A stretch of 60,481 nt of DNA, the filler included, from Sluysia triapertura (lineage: Eukaryota): NCBI GenBank assembly GCA_046118255.1. It is 4 parts of 4 records of this genome, joined end to end, with 100 filler letters (N's around TTAATTAATTAA, not from the genome) between each part and the next. Parts side by side here need not be neighbours in the genome. Positions count along the whole stretch, not along the records: positions 31,641 to 47,077 come from JBJNIA010228568.1; positions 47,178 to 60,481 come from JBJNIA010047567.1; 2 more parts are not named here. The stretch is one strand, 5' to 3'. Under the pieces are notes generated by a model. The model was not told the origin of the DNA and did no database searches. It saw only the letters and a list, made by a program, of their open reading frames with translations. Position 1 is the first letter of the stretch. Each line of letters begins with the position of its first letter. This document shows, one piece after another, positions 36,881-50,056 of this stretch. The position numbers were made by a program, and so were the translations under genes.

Positions 36881-37330
36881 GCTTAAATATATCACATGCA
36901 TGTTTATCTTTAATAACTTTACTTACTTCTGCCCAAATACGTTCACCACTAATATTTTCTACACCATCTACTTTTTGTTTAATATCAGATACGATTCCTT
37001 CAACGTGTAAATCGCATCGTTCCGAAATTCTTCCAAAAAATCTGAAATATCGTAAAATTCTTAAATAATCTTCTTGAATTCGATTAACATTGTTTCCAAC
37101 AAAACGAATAATATTATTTTCTAAATCTTTAGTGGCACCCTCATTGATCCTCTTCATCTAAAATTAAACAGGTAATACTTAAATCACGTCTTTCGACATC
37201 TATTTTCCAATCTTTTATGAATTTAACTTGTGCACTCTGGCCATCAGTTATAACATCGAATCGTAGAGTAGTCATTTCAAGATTTTCTTTATCATTAATT
37301 ATAACATTTATTGATTCTGTAAGAGCTTTT
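36881..37330 (-). pseudogene. TRNT1: CCA tRNA nucleotidyltransferase fragment
   Basis: EMTTLRFDVITDG...DVERRDLSI and IRFVG..RIQEDYLRILRYFRF...ISGERIWAE. A frameshifting deletion is present and the 3' end is cut by the MITE. Confidence 0.92.
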
Positions 37331-37439
37331 AATCTAAAATCCATTAATTGCCATTTTATGTTTTAAATCTCAAGTCTCATAATTGAATTTTATTACAATG
37401 TATAAACTAAAATCAACAAGAAGAAATTATGATGACACA

Positions 37440-38520
37440 TCTTTTCATACTGCGAATGACTGCCCAATCAAAATGCAAAAAGCAAATTATATTTGTAATT
37501 TTAATTGGGCAGTCATCAAAACATTCAGAGACATTGATAGAGCATGCGTGTAATGAACTGTCATCAGTCGACAGTTAGTAAAGCAACATCAAATGATTTA
37601 AAATGCCTGTCCCTGTCTGAACATTACCACTATCAATAGTGACAATACTGTACATATGAATTAAAAGTGTCACCACTGATAGTGGTATTTACAAAATTAG
37701 TAAATTATTATTAAAATACTGAAAAATAAAAATGATGATAGTAATAATAGTAACAATAATGTTATTGTTATTACTATTATTCTAAATACATGAACCTTTG
37801 AATAAATTACACGAACTTTCTTTATTTCTTTTATTATTTCTTAACATATTAAATTATCTTAACATAGTTGATGTTCTTTTTGGATTCCTATGTTTTAAAT
37901 TGATTCTATAATGTGATTTTAATATTTTTCGATGATCTACAAGATTGAGTGTTGAAAAAGTATGGGCTTGAAATGTTTTGGATTAGTTTTAAATGTATAT
38001 TTGATTGTTTTGAATAAAGTAAAGTTTGGATGTTAGAAAATTGTGACTTGAAAATGTATTGAAAAGAGAGTGGTTTAGTTGATGTGAAGAATATAAATTA
38101 TAGTCTAGGTTTTGGTACATTCTAAAAAGGTAATTGTGCGATGTTGAGAAATATGATTTTGATGTAAGATTGTGAATTTAAAATGTTTTGAAATGTAAAA
38201 AGGTTTTAATATATCTGAGAAAATGTGATATTTTGTATGAATTTATATTTTAAATTCCAAGTGAAAGGTTGGCCAACACATGCAATTATTCAGTGAAGAT
38301 CCTGGCAGAGGGTAATGTTCTTGTTTATTTTTTATTGTTGTTATTTTATTATTTTGAAATTAAAATATTGTAATTAATTGGTCTTATTTTAATCTTATTT
38401 TGATTTTAATAAAGGGAAGGTAATTTTAATATAAGTTTATATTGTACTACTTTTATTATAAGTTGTTTGATTTTATTTTTCAGCCACTTTTAAAATAGTT
38501 TTTTGGGAAACACCCTACAC
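37440..38520 (-). mobile_element. Family C leader region (minus copy) with hairpins at 37625-37687 and 37456-37516
   Basis: Reverse complement matches 19960-20760, e.g. TGTG.TGGC.AACCTTT, CCAAAACATTTCAAG, ACAGGCAT. Confidence 0.7.
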
Positions 38521-39064
38521 AATTTATTTTATCGAAACATTAAATATTCCTACTTTAGATATTATTGTTAAGTTTTAGAAAGGATCTCTGTCCTAAAATT
38601 TTTAATATAATCGTCATTACTCTTAGTTACGTTAACTTAAATTATTTAAGTAGCATAAGTATTATTAACTTTCTAGATATTGACATTGTTAGTGTATGCT
38701 GCGTCACTCCTGGTTTTTAATTAGATTATAGTATTCTTAATATTATTATAAACGCTATTATTAATTTTGTCATTTTAGTTGTTTTTAGCATTGTTTAGTG
38801 GAGAATCATACTAATAACAATAAATCTAATTTGATTTTTGTTTAATAGTAAATTATTGCCTTATTTTTGATTTGATTTTTAAGAGCTTAATTTTGGGGAA
38901 TAGTTATTAATATTAAGTTATTAATAACTATTAAGTTATTAATAGTTATTAATATTACTGCAAAATTAAACTTGATAGAGTGACTACTTAAATTAATAAG
39001 ATTCTTTTAAGCTAATCAAGATAATATTGAGTTATCATAGCTAGTACTTTTTAAAGATGCAACA
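38521..39064 (+). repeat. Uninterrupted copy of repeat B
   Basis: Equals 18601-18822 joined to 27417-27708. Confidence 0.88.
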
Positions 39065-39118
39065 AAAAAACAAAAAAATATCCTTACCAAGAGCAAGGGT
39101 AATAATATCTGCCCCAAT

Positions 39119-40200
39119 CAAGTGTTTCTCTTAAAAAATTTAACTTACAAAATATCTAAGGAGTCGGTTCGCCTAATATATATGATTTAAACCACTGTTG
39201 GAGACGTATTATTAGGATTTAATATTTTACTTAATAATGATTTTAAAACTTATACTTCGTTTAAAACTCTCGTCTACAGACGGTTAAATCAACTTCTTAA
39301 TAATCAAGTTAATTTATATTGTATAACCCGCATTAAGGTGTTGCTTAAAAATTTGATAATATTTTAGTAGATTACGTAACCCTTTTATGGTGTTGCTCTG
39401 AAATAATTTTATGATTTTAGAAATTACGCAACCCTTTTTATGGTGTTGGTCTGAGAAATTTAAAGTTAAACAAAAATTATTTAAGCGAAAAACCTAATTC
39501 ATTAAGTTTTATTATACAATACTTAGAATCGACAGTTATAAGATTAAAATGGACAGTAAAATTACAATTTACAGTTATAATAATAATAATGATTTTGATT
39601 ATGTGATTCAACCTTGGTTGATCGCAATATGATTTTAATATAACGTTACGCAACTCTTATTAAGATGTTGCACCAAATAAAAATTAGTTTTAGTGTATTT
39701 TAAGATTCCCTCGAAGTTGAATGTACAACGCATAAAAAACTAAATTACTTGTGCATGGAAAATAGTAGTCGAAAAAATCGTAGAATTTTTTCCAAATTAT
39801 CTTATGATTAAGTTATTTGTAAAACTTGCTCTAGAACTTGTTCTGAAAAATTATTTTAAAACATTGTATTTAAAATTTTTCCTTACCTCTTTATATCCAG
39901 ATTTTCTTAGGTGTCCATTTTGATAAATTAATTTAATAAAACAAAATTCTTTGTTTAATTTTATAAATTTAATAATTTTATTTTGGTAATTTTATGAAAA
40001 TATATTTAACATTTATTTTAATATTAATATTAATTTTAATATATTTAATATTTTAATTTCCTAAGTTTTTTATTTTAAATTTTTCTTAATTTTCTGACTT
40101 TAATTATAATAATATTTATATTTTTATAATTTTTTTAATTATAATAGGAATGATATTCTAAGATTAATAATATTTACAAGATAATACCGATAAATATAAC
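39119..40200 (-). repeat. Family C LTR (minus copy; far boundary approximate)
   Basis: ACAAAATATCTAAGGAGTCGGTTCGCCTAATATATA is the reverse complement of the LTR core. Four GCAAC..GTTGC repeats. Confidence 0.8.
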
Positions 40201-42710
40201 TTTAACAAATATAACTTTAACAATTATAATCTTAATGATAATGATTTTAATTTTACTTTGAAATAATTTTACTTTTTAAATTAAATAAATTTTGGACTTA
40301 TGTTGAAAATTTGAAAATTAAATACTTGAAAAAATTAAAATGAAGAATTAAAATTAAAATAAAAAGTTGAATATTATGTTACATTATTATTAATGTTATA
40401 GCATTATTATTTATTATTATTATATTAAAATTATTATTATCAAAACTATATTAAATTATTATTTAAAAAATATATTATTAAAATTATATTATTATACATA
40501 TTTCATAACTTATTAATTTTATATTATTTAAAATACATTAAGTGATTCATCAAACTTCAATAAATGATTTATTAAACTTTAACTTTAGTGATTAAGGTCA
40601 ATGACTTTAGAGTTTGACATTGTATAAATAAAAGCAAATAAATGAAAAAGATCATTAATTTGAAAACAGTGGATTCAGCTCTTGATTGAGATTATTTTTA
40701 TTGAATTTGAAAGCGAAAATTACTTTTACAAGTTATTGATTAAGATATTATTCACAACGTAATACAGTTATGCAGCATCAAACAATTGGACTTCGTTGGA
40801 AATTACAAAACAATATTGAAGTTATCCTTATTACAATTTTTTTCATAGACACTCGTGCAATCTTTAGTTTCGATTTAAATAGCTTACAAGTTTAACTAAG
40901 GTAATAATATTGTACGTAAATTATTTATTTTATTTATAGTAACTTTTAATTACGTTACGTTACAAATTTTTAAATAAAAAACAAAATTACAGCTATCGGA
41001 TAAATTAATAGATATATATTCTACACGAGAATTTGATAATATTTGTAAAAACATATTTCATAAAATTTTTGTTATTGAAATTTTATAATATTTGTAGAAA
41101 GGTATTTCATAAATTATGTTACTGGAATTTCGTAAAATTTTTGTATTAAATTATTGTTTGTTAAAACTTTTGATATCATTAAAATTACAAAGAATTAATT
41201 ATTTATTACAACATGACATTATAAGTGGTATACTTTCACGTAGCCAAATAATTTTTATAATTTCAAAAATTTTTTTTACTTATAATAATCTAAAATCTTT
41301 TAAATCTAAGATCCTTATAACACGGATCGTATATAAAATTATACAAAATAACCTCGCTACAATAGCGGATTTTAATCCAGTCTTACAGCAAAGCACAGCA
41401 TCCTTTTGACTTCCGAATGTCGTTTCAATTACCGCATTTTATCTTTTGCTGACACCTGAGAGTTGGCCCTTAACTGTGTAAGACCAACACGGTAGGGAAC
41501 TCACAAAAACGTAAAGAATTATAACATTTATTTATTATTTAAAAAGAAAGCGCAAAACTCTCACAATTAAATCTGGCATTTGTATTGTTTTTAACCATAC
41601 TTCCAATAGAACAATTCCAAAAAGGCATTAAAATGTGAAAATAAATAGTATAAGGTAGTGGTTTCTGTAACTATTTTGGATGCCGTTTTACTAATACACT
41701 TTTCTGATTGCAACTATAATTAAATAACGTTTCTGGTATAAATAGTTCAATAATAAATCCAATAATGTTATATTACAAGAACCTGGCACAAAATTATAAG
41801 GTCCTGATAAATGCAATTCAATACCTTTTTGTAATGGCATTCGAGTTTTATATAATCACAACCACATTTTAAGAGCATATAAATGAAATGACGAATAAAA
41901 AGGTCATCTCTGAGAAATATTTTATCAATATTATTTAGTCTATTAGAATGAATTGAGAATGAAAAAGAAAGTTGTAGTCGAAAATTAAGAAAAATTGGAA
42001 CTGTTATTACAGAAATTTCATTTTTTAAGGTTAATTAGGAACTTAGAATTATTAAGATTTGAAATATTAGGTTATTTAGCTATTGTGTCGTTATGCGGTT
42101 CTTTGATGTATTATGAAGTGTTAAAATTTTGAATAAATGAGTCGAGTCACCATAAGAAAAACCACAGAAAATTTATATACTGTTGGAACTAATTTAGATA
42201 TTTTTAATATAAATGTATATGTGGTTAGAACTATTGCTCGATTTTGACGTAACTGTATATATTGTTAAAATCAAGGCGAATGAATTTATTCTATTTAATG
42301 CTGAAATAGATGTATGTGTTGGTAATATGTTTTTACATGATTAGAGAATAAATATATGTTTTTAAAGCAGATGCGAGTTTTTAAGACATAGCAATTTGCA
42401 TAAACGATTTGACAAAAAATAGAGTTCTCAAACAACTGTCTTTTTCTCAAGAAAATTTGCGAACAATTAACGATTTCGGTGCACAATTTTAAATTAACTA
42501 TAATGTTAATCACAAGAAGATAATCATCAACCATTTTAGCATATGGAAAATTTCTGTCATCCTTTTGTTCAATTCTCTGTTAACGCTTAATAATTTTGTG
42601 GATTCTGTAAATTATTTGTGTTTGGTTGCAGAAATATTTCTGAACTGTAATAGCGATGATCTAAATATTTTTTGTTGCATATAAAAGTATTAGGGTTGCC
42701 AAAAAATAAA

Positions 42711-43420
42711 GTGACTATAAGTATTTTGTAGCTTGAAGATAAAGGGATAAATATTGTATAACGTTTTACAAAAAAATTTATAAATAAATAAATTAATTTA
42801 ATTAGAATTATTTGAAAATAGCTTTCTTTTTAATGCTTGCATATGAGTGGGTGTAACACACAATCATGAAATGTATCAATTTATGAACACCAAGACAGTG
42901 TGAAACATGTCAACGTAAATAACGTAAAATCATCATTTTCAATCAATCTATGTATTATAATAAGCATACATAATAAAAGTACATATCAAATTAATGCTCA
43001 TTAAGAGATCATTCTAAATTGACATGTGACGTAACTTTAACGTGCATCGTATTATATCAAAAGTTATTATTGAAAATAAGTTTTATATTTGATTAGATAT
43101 ATTTTTAATTTAAGTTAATGTAATATTGTTTTGATAAGTATTTTTAATTTTATTTTGAAAATATAAGTTTGTTTGACACAAAACTCTTTGGATAATACTA
43201 GATAATATCAAGGTGGAAATTCGACGGAAATCTGTGTTAAAATTCGTAAGCATGAAACCGACTCTAAGAAGTAAGAATGTCTTATCGACATGCACAATAA
43301 TTAAGTCGAATTCCCGATTTCCTAACAATTATCTAAACACCATATATAAAGAACTACATTTTCTAACATAACACGCAAAAGATTATTGAAGCAATTAATA
43401 TTTTTGCTGTATGAAGGCTA
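42711..43420. repeat. Repeat family A, copy 2
   Basis: Colinear with 2352-3138. Confidence 0.85.
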
Positions 43421-43948
43421 ACAACGCTATACCAAATGTGCAATTAATCCATATATAATTCACAAGTTCGTTTATCTTTAACCTTTTATTTTAAACATCA
43501 CTTAGCACGATCAAACCATTCAAAAATAAAATGATACCTTAAAATTCAATACACATCTTCAATGAAAACATTCCCAATAGTCAGAAAAACTAACAAATTA
43601 TACATCAATTATATTGCCTCTAACTATAATCGTAATCACTTTTTAAATTACTACATAATACTGAATATATTATATTGCCTTAAATATAAAAGTTTAAATT
43701 AATGCAAAGAGCAGTACTGTATTTGTAGTTTGGCAGTTTTCAAGTATAATTCAATAATTTTTGATATATATTTTTTTAATTTAATGAAGTTTAATTTAAA
43801 ATTGTTTTGATTGAATTTTATTTTTTATGGATTAAAGTTAATGCATGAAAAATAATTTTATTTACCATTAAATTTTTTAAATTATATTACACTATATATT
43901 GACTTTGTAGTTTATTTATAATTAAGTTTAGAATTTATCTTACTAAAC

Positions 43949-45122
43949 ATGATGAAACTGACAATTAATTTTATTAAAATTAATTCAGTTAGATATTGTA
44001 GGGAGGTTAGAGAAATTAAGAAGACTGACTTTATATGGTTTCCAGGACATATAAATAAAGGAATCAATGCAATTTCTCAAAAAATGGTAGAATGTGACTT
44101 AATTGTTGAAATACATGATGCAAGAATTCCGTTTACTGGAAGAACTAATTTAGTAGAAGAAATAGGCAAAGTAAAGCCTAGGATACTTATTTTAAATAAA
44201 TCGGATTTGATTTCAAAAAGTGATCATGCAAAAATAATTGCTAAATTGCTAAATGAGGAATCAATAAATGACAGACCTTTGAAAATATTTATAACTAAAC
44301 TTAATGATATTGGTAAGCAGGAAGAAATATTAAATAATATTAATTATACGTAAGCAATATATTCAAAATTTATTTTTTAGAATTTTGAAATATGTACAAG
44401 AAGTTAACCCAAATAGTTTACATCATAAAATTATGATAGCTGGACTACCTAATGTTGGAAAGAGTACTTTTATTAATTCTATAAGGAAGTATAATATAAA
44501 TAAATATGGATTTACAAAAGCCAAATCTAAAAAGCCTGCTTCGGTTGGTCCAAATGCAGGTATGTTATTTATAAACATTAAATTAACTGGAATAGGTGTA
44601 ACTAGATTAGTTAGTCATCATATAATGATTCATGAAGGACCTCCTAAAATTTACATTCTTGATTCACCAGGTGTTTGGGAGCCATCAAAATCGTGCTCAA
44701 ATATAGAAGATTGTCTTAAATTAGCAGCTTGTGGATGTTTTGATTTTGATAAAATTGATCAAGAAGCAGTAGCAGATTATATTTTATATTATTTAAATAA
44801 GAATAATTTGACAAATTATGTTAATTATTATCAGTTGCCAAATAAAACTGATTCTATTATAGAATTATTATTTCATATATGTAAGTTATTCCAATATGTT
44901 GTCGTTTCTCCAAGAATTATACTTAATACGAAATCAAAATATTCTCCAGATATTCATAGAGCATGCAGGAAATTTTATACTGATTTTAATACTGGAGTGT
45001 TTGGTAAACATGTTATGGAAGATTTAACTCAAGATAATTTAATGAAAACCAAACGATTTGAAATAGGAACTGTATTTAACAGTGAAACTCAATTTGAAAC
45101 ATTTCCTTTTAATTTTGTGTAA
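43949..45122 (+). CDS. MTG1: Mitochondrial ribosome-associated GTPase 1 (RbgA family); exons 43949-44349, 44381-44559, 44596-45122
   Basis: WFPGH, EIHDARIP, LNKSDL, GLPNVGKS, AGVTR and DSPG motifs in circularly permuted GTPase order. Removing GT-AG introns of 31 and 36 nt restores the frame and motifs (368 aa). Confidence 0.95.
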
Positions 45123-46362
45123 TACTTTTGCACATGGTTTTGTGAATTTGTAATATTAGCACCAATTAAATGAAGGTGTAAAAATTTTTTAGAGATGACG
45201 TTTTATATCCTTATTTTTATGGAAAAATAAATTGTTTTTATTTAAAGTTATTAAAAGAATTTGTAAAAAATAAGTTTTATAATAATTTGATGAAATGCAT
45301 CTTTAATGTAGATACGTGTAATATTTAATTGTCTTACAATCTGCTGAATAAAAATAAATTTACTTCTTCAAAATCTAAAAAATTAATGCATGTATGAATG
45401 AATACATCTAAAATTAGTCTTAATTTTTTGGCAAGATGTTTTACTGTTTTGATCGTGTAGCTTGATGGTGATGGGTTTCTCTGCTAAGAAATCCTTGATC
45501 TTAAATGGTTAAACTTATGAGTTCGTCTGCGATCTTATAATGGGACGTAAACTTTACTATGGGATTCAAGTATTCTGAAGAATTTAAATTAAAATCTAGA
45601 TTGTGTATAAGTAGTCAGTAATTCTGAGTGGATAATAGTTGTGAACTTAATCTTTATTAATTAAATTCCATAATTTTAATTACGATTTAAGCCACTATTT
45701 CAAATGTTGAAACAATTGCAATACGAGTTTATGTGCTTTTATTAATATATCTTTATTACTACGCAGTTGATATAAACTTTATATATAACTAGCACAAATA
45801 TAGAAATGTAATCAATATGAATGTTAATAAAATATAATTCGAACAATATTATTTTACTAGTTAAAAGTGCAAATGCCTTATGGGGAATGTACTTCTATGG
45901 GATTTTAAGTACCGCAAATTTCTCTAATATTTCATATGTTCGTCTCTCTAAATATTACCGCTGTCTTACACAGACACATTTTAAAATTTATCACACTTAA
46001 AGTAAATGAGGCAATCTTTTTTTTATTACTGTCTTATAGCTAATAAATATGATGGCCAAACTCAAAATCAACTCACAACAAAGTAATTCTCAGTCTAAAC
46101 CTGAAATCCTTAAACATTCATATTTTTTTCTTACATTTTGTATCTTAAAAACAATCAAGCAACTAATAACGTCGTTAAATAAAATATACTAGCCTCAAAC
46201 CGATCAACAAATTCATCTTACAAATCATCTACAAACTCAAACAATTCACGTAATACTATATTTAAGCAAGATTACAGCTTAATCCAGGAATTAATCTCAG
46301 ATCCAAAAGTTTAAAGAACATCAAATAACAACAGTTCAGAAAAGAAAATTCACACTTTACAA

Positions 46363-46940
46363 TTGTTGTGGTTTTTCTTAATACTAAACCTACGGCAAAA
46401 TAAAATTGAGCAGGCACCTCTGTAACTTATAAGTGAAAAATCTTACTTAACTTGCTTAAAAATATCATTCTTAACACGTTTAGAGGGTATTAAAATATCA
46501 CAATGAATAAAAACTCAGTTAAATACGTGAAATTTATTAAATTAATTATACAAATGTTATTATTACAAGTGAAGATAGAATAAAAGATAAAAATGAAATG
46601 TAATGGATGTTAGATCTAATGGTGTGTATAAATTAAGTATAAAATTTCCCCTCAATATATCGGGGTCCTTACTAAAATTGATTTTAAATGTATTTTAGGA
46701 TTTTGATTTTAGTAAATCAAAATCGCCTTAATAATAAAATAATTTACTCTTTCATGGATCTGATAATAAAATCCTTTGACGAAGCTGTTGGATTTTGATC
46801 GCACTTAACCAAAAATTTTCCGAAAATGGTTGTCTGATTGAAATAATTATGCTGTAGTTTTTTCACAACTAAACCTTACTAAAGCAGCAAAATGGAATAA
46901 GAAGGTTCGTCTACAATACACGACTTACGAATGGCGTAGC
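46363..46940. repeat. Repeat family E, copy 2
   Basis: Colinear with 8293-8950. Confidence 0.7.
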
Positions 46941-47077
46941 TGTAGATACGTGAAATAAGAAAAATGAAATTTTTTCGATAAAATTCGTGAACTACGTGAA
47001 CGGTTACGTCCGGTCTGCACTAAATTTATTTTTGTTAAATAGCTTTACTATTAATATATTTAAAATCTTGGAAAACC

Positions 47078-47177
47078 NNNNNNNNNNNNNNNNNNNNNNN
47101 NNNNNNNNNNNNNNNNNNNNNTTAATTAATTAANNNNNNNNNNNNNNNNNNNNNNNNNNNNNNNNNNNNNNNNNNNN
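47078..47177. other. Artificial contig spacer
   Basis: N44-TTAATTAATTAA-N44. Confidence 0.97.
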
Positions 47178-47185
47178 TGATGATG

Positions 47186-47254
<69 letters not shown>

Positions 47255-48474
47255 TAGTACAATAACAATAATTGGCAAGCTCTTTAATTAGCTATTTATA
47301 AATTGTACTAGCTAACTGTTATGAAGATATAAAATTATTTTCTATTGCACAATATTATTTCAGCAACTTTATATATCAACACTGATGAATGTATACCTCT
47401 TCATGCTCTTCGTTATTAGAGGGATTACGTGTATAATTTTACGTTATAAAATTTTTAGGAATCATGTAGAAAATAATCTGCATTAGTTTAAAATATAATT
47501 TAATAAACATATTTGAAATATTTACTTATAATGTTATAGAATATAAGAATTAATGCCAAGTTAACTTTTTTTGTATATTTATCTTGCGATGGCAAAATAC
47601 AAATTGTGCACAATTTTTGGCCTATTTCCTTTCTTTAAGGATATATTCTAAAATATTGTCATTGTATATTTGTCGTAATAAAAATCAAAAATTCAGTGAT
47701 TTATTAATTACATTGTTGTATTTTGATTCCATACGTAATTGTTTATTGTATATTCAATGATTACAAAACCGGGTCATTATTTAAAATCAAAATATTGAAT
47801 ATCTCAAATTAGTATTGTTTATTCAAAGTCGAAATAGTAATTTTCAGTTTTTTTAAAAATATTGTTTAATATAATTAATAATTAATAATACTACTTTGTA
47901 ATCAATATAGTAATTAATATTTATTATTCTTAAGAATATTCAAATTTAGTTCGGAGTTATATCAGTTATGCAAATCTGAGCGCATTTAAAAAGTCGCGAT
48001 CTATTGCACTCAAATAACATAGAAGGTAGATCCCTTATGAGGATAAAATTTAAAATTTCTCCTTTTATCCGATAAAAAAATGAACAAATGATTACATTTT
48101 CGCTATTTTTATTATCACTATGGTAAAACGTGCTGAAGAAAAGAATAAAGAGAGCCTCATTTTGATTCATGAACACAGACGTTGACCAATATACACATCT
48201 GAAGTTATTGAATAACATTGCAATAATAGGTAATAGAAAGGTTCCACGAGAATTTGGATTAGTAACTATTTCATTTGACCACTGATAATAAAATTTTATA
48301 TCGAAGTTCGATTTTTCACCGGAAATTATTATTATACCATTCCAGTAAATGCCATTTTTATTTCTTAAATTATAAATAACACATGTTTCTAATAAATTCT
48401 TAAAATTTTCGAAGTGCCAACACTACAAGGAAACTATAAGTGAGATTCTGTTTTCATTATTTATTTCAATTTTT

Positions 48475-48525
<51 letters not shown>

Positions 48526-48526
48526 T

Positions 48527-48980
48527 ACACTTGTGCACAAAATGCCCATAATTACGAAAGTGCATTTTCATTTGAATCCGTTCAACACAATAAGTTAATC
48601 ATGGTATTAAGTTGCTCCCTGGCCTGGAAACTCTCCATACATGAATCTCAGAAAATCTGTGGGTGATTGTCAAAAAGAGAGTTTCTACCTACAAACCAAC
48701 CACCAGGACGGAACTTATTGAAACCCTGATAAAAGTTTGGCATAACGATGACGAGATCAGAGACTTGTGACCCAAGCTCATCCGTGACATACCTTTAAGG
48801 ATCAGGAAATTATTGAATAACTAAGGAGGGCAAACAAAGTACTGATACAACAGTTTGTACATATTTGATTTGTCGTAAATTGTGTTATCACATTCTATAT
48901 TAATAAAATTTCTGTATGTTTTGGATGTCAGTATTTTATCTATTATTTTACTTTCACCAGAATTTTTTGGAGAAAGTAGT
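48527..48980 (+). mobile_element. Tc1-like transposon relic next to (TA)n
   Basis: LPWPGNSPYMNL/ENLWVIVKKRV matches the WPxNSPDLNPIENLW motif. Confidence 0.8.
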
Positions 48981-49189
48981 TATTTTTCAACATTTTGCAT
49001 TTTCCGTGACAATGTATGTAAATGGCATGTATTTATATACTTAAGGAGAAGTGGTTGGTTGCGAAAACCGTTATCGGGTGTTTGAGAATCTCTGAGTCAA
49101 CAAATTGCGCAATATTTAATTTGCTATGGTTTGTATACATTTAATAAAATACGTTAAAGATAGAAAATATTATACAAACAATTTTTAAA

Positions 49190-49420
49190 AGATACCGCTA
49201 GGTGACTGATGACAAACCTCAACATCCGATATTGGAAGAAAATCTTCAAAATCAGATCCACCATGGAGGCTAAGTGTGGGTAAGAGAAAGAATCTTTTGA
49301 AAAGACTGTAGGCACCTGTAAAAAGAAATATATATTCTAAGATGATGTCGTATGTGTGCATGGTCCACAAAGTGCGTAGCGAAACGCGATACGTTTTACT
49401 TGACATCATACTTATAAACA
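49190..49420 (+). mobile_element. Possible piggyBac C-terminal Cys-rich relic
   Basis: R*CRMC...VRSETRYV. Confidence 0.4.
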
Positions 49421-50056
49421 TTATTAGTTATTATTGTTTCTGTATTTTACAAATTATAATAATATAATTTATTAATAAATAAGTGAAAATAGTAGATTTT
49501 TCAAATTATTGATAATTTTATAATTGTTTATAAATAAAAATTCAAACCAAATAATCTAATTGTAATAAATAAATTATTATAAGATAAAAAACTGAAAGAT
49601 TTATTTTTGCGTAAATGTTCAAAAATCGCCCACTTTTCAGCTTGGATTGGGATAAAATAGTCCGCATAAAATGTGTCAAGAACTCCAGTCAACTTATGTA
49701 TGAAAAGGAAAAAATTACCAATGAAAGCTGACATGATAAATCTATCATTTAGACATGTAGCTAGGTCAAGGAAATGGCACCAATTCAATTAGGCTTACAT
49801 AATTTTTTCTTAAATTGATTTAGAATCACTGAATATATTTGTGATATTCAGTTATTTCTTCAACCGGTTACTATCTTTTGTCGTTTTTGTAATATTCTTT
49901 GATTTTAATCGTGCGATTTTGGAAAAATATTAATGCGAGTTATTTTTAAAAAGGTTACATTTTATTTTTAAAATTTCGAAATTTTAAAATTTTATGTTAA
50001 TAACTGTCGAATATCGGGAAGAAATTTGTTTCAACCTAATTTTACTTCATTTGCAG

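Noticed and set aside
44881-44914. Third MTG1 intron (GTAAGT...CAAG)
   Set aside because: Removing 34 nt would break the frame, and the unspliced translation fits the MTG1 C-terminus.
47946-48360. Possible GIY-YIG (YIGQ) relic or upstream RalGPS exon
   Set aside because: Only a 4-residue match, with no supporting motifs or compatible splice sites.
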